Positions 63,490 to 64,000 of a stretch of 64,000 nt of DNA are shown piece by piece (within the stretch, counting starts at the first letter, position 1; every line of letters starts with the position of its first letter). A model generated the notes under the pieces. The model was not told the DNA's origin. It ran no database searches and saw only the letters and a program-made list of their open reading frames with translations. The translations under genes were made by a program, and so were the position numbers. Where the stretch lies: positions 12,710,001 to 12,774,000 of the forward strand of contig OX597839.1 of assembly GCA_951406725.2 (NCBI GenBank), written 5' to 3'. The DNA comes from Octopus vulgaris. Lineage: Eukaryota.

Positions 63490-63945
63490 TATTTATGACC
63501 ACTGGGAAAATGTTCCTTAATGAACATGTGGCTTAGCTACATTGGTGGAAACTTCTAGGTTAAATGGAAAATTGAAACAGATTATCTTTCTCTTTCTGGT
63601 CATCTTTGAGTGTGAGGGTAGAGGTTGGGAGTCTTCCATATATGCTAACTTTTCAGAAAATTCACTCCTCACCAATGGATCATTGTAGTAGAGAGCATCC
63701 CTGTTGAACATGAGCTTATAAGCTGAAAACTTGAATGGTCTTCTGCTAACACCTGAAACTAGGTTTCTAATTATAGCAGGTGAGTGTTTCAAACTTCTGT
63801 GGATGTACACAGTTACCTTGTTGGGCTTCCTGTGAAGCAGTACTTACCTGTTTTCAGGTCTAGGGATCATTTCAAGGAAGTTGACCACGGTCAAGTCGGT
63901 GGTAACTGTTGGGGACTGATTGAATTTCTTGAATATTTTTCTTAG
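63490..63945 (-). mobile_element. Decayed Penelope-like RT thumb/linker fragment
   Basis: VVNFLE...HRKPN..VYIHRSLKHSPAIIRNL...RKRKIICFNFPFNLEVSTNV resembles the PLE pattern YI...SNHPP.I and RKRKIIWFNPPF. Confidence 0.72.
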
Positions 63946-64000
63946 GTATGTGTGTGTATGTGTATCATCATCCTCACCACGATCATCATCGTCATTATCA

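Overview
AT-rich, repeat-dense eukaryotic genomic DNA, most likely from an octopus (inferred from the tRNA-SINE families and microsatellite load). The left half holds a complete minus-strand major vault protein (MVP) gene. I traced 14 coding exons with GT-AG junctions and consistent phases: ATG at 26681, TAG at 64, 2616 nt, 871 aa. A probable untranslated first exon and CpG-rich promoter lie near 39.2-39.6 kb. The rest is mostly transposon-derived: four or more SINE families, Helitrons (one retaining a Pif1 helicase fragment), MITEs, CR1/RTE/Penelope/mariner remnants, and a young 3.8-kb L1/Tx1-type element with a 14-bp TSD and an apparent in-frame ORF1-endonuclease fusion. The most unusual signal is a set of minimal type I hammerhead-ribozyme motifs in several unrelated small repeats. 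One sits behind a tRNA-derived Pol III head and another occurs as a tandem dimer, alongside Penelope RT remnants. Within MVP the intact motifs are antisense and the sense copies are broken. A GC-rich 62-nt pre-miRNA-sized hairpin, unique in the window, lies at 38592-38653. All calls were made by eye; repeat boundaries are approximate unless a TSD is given.
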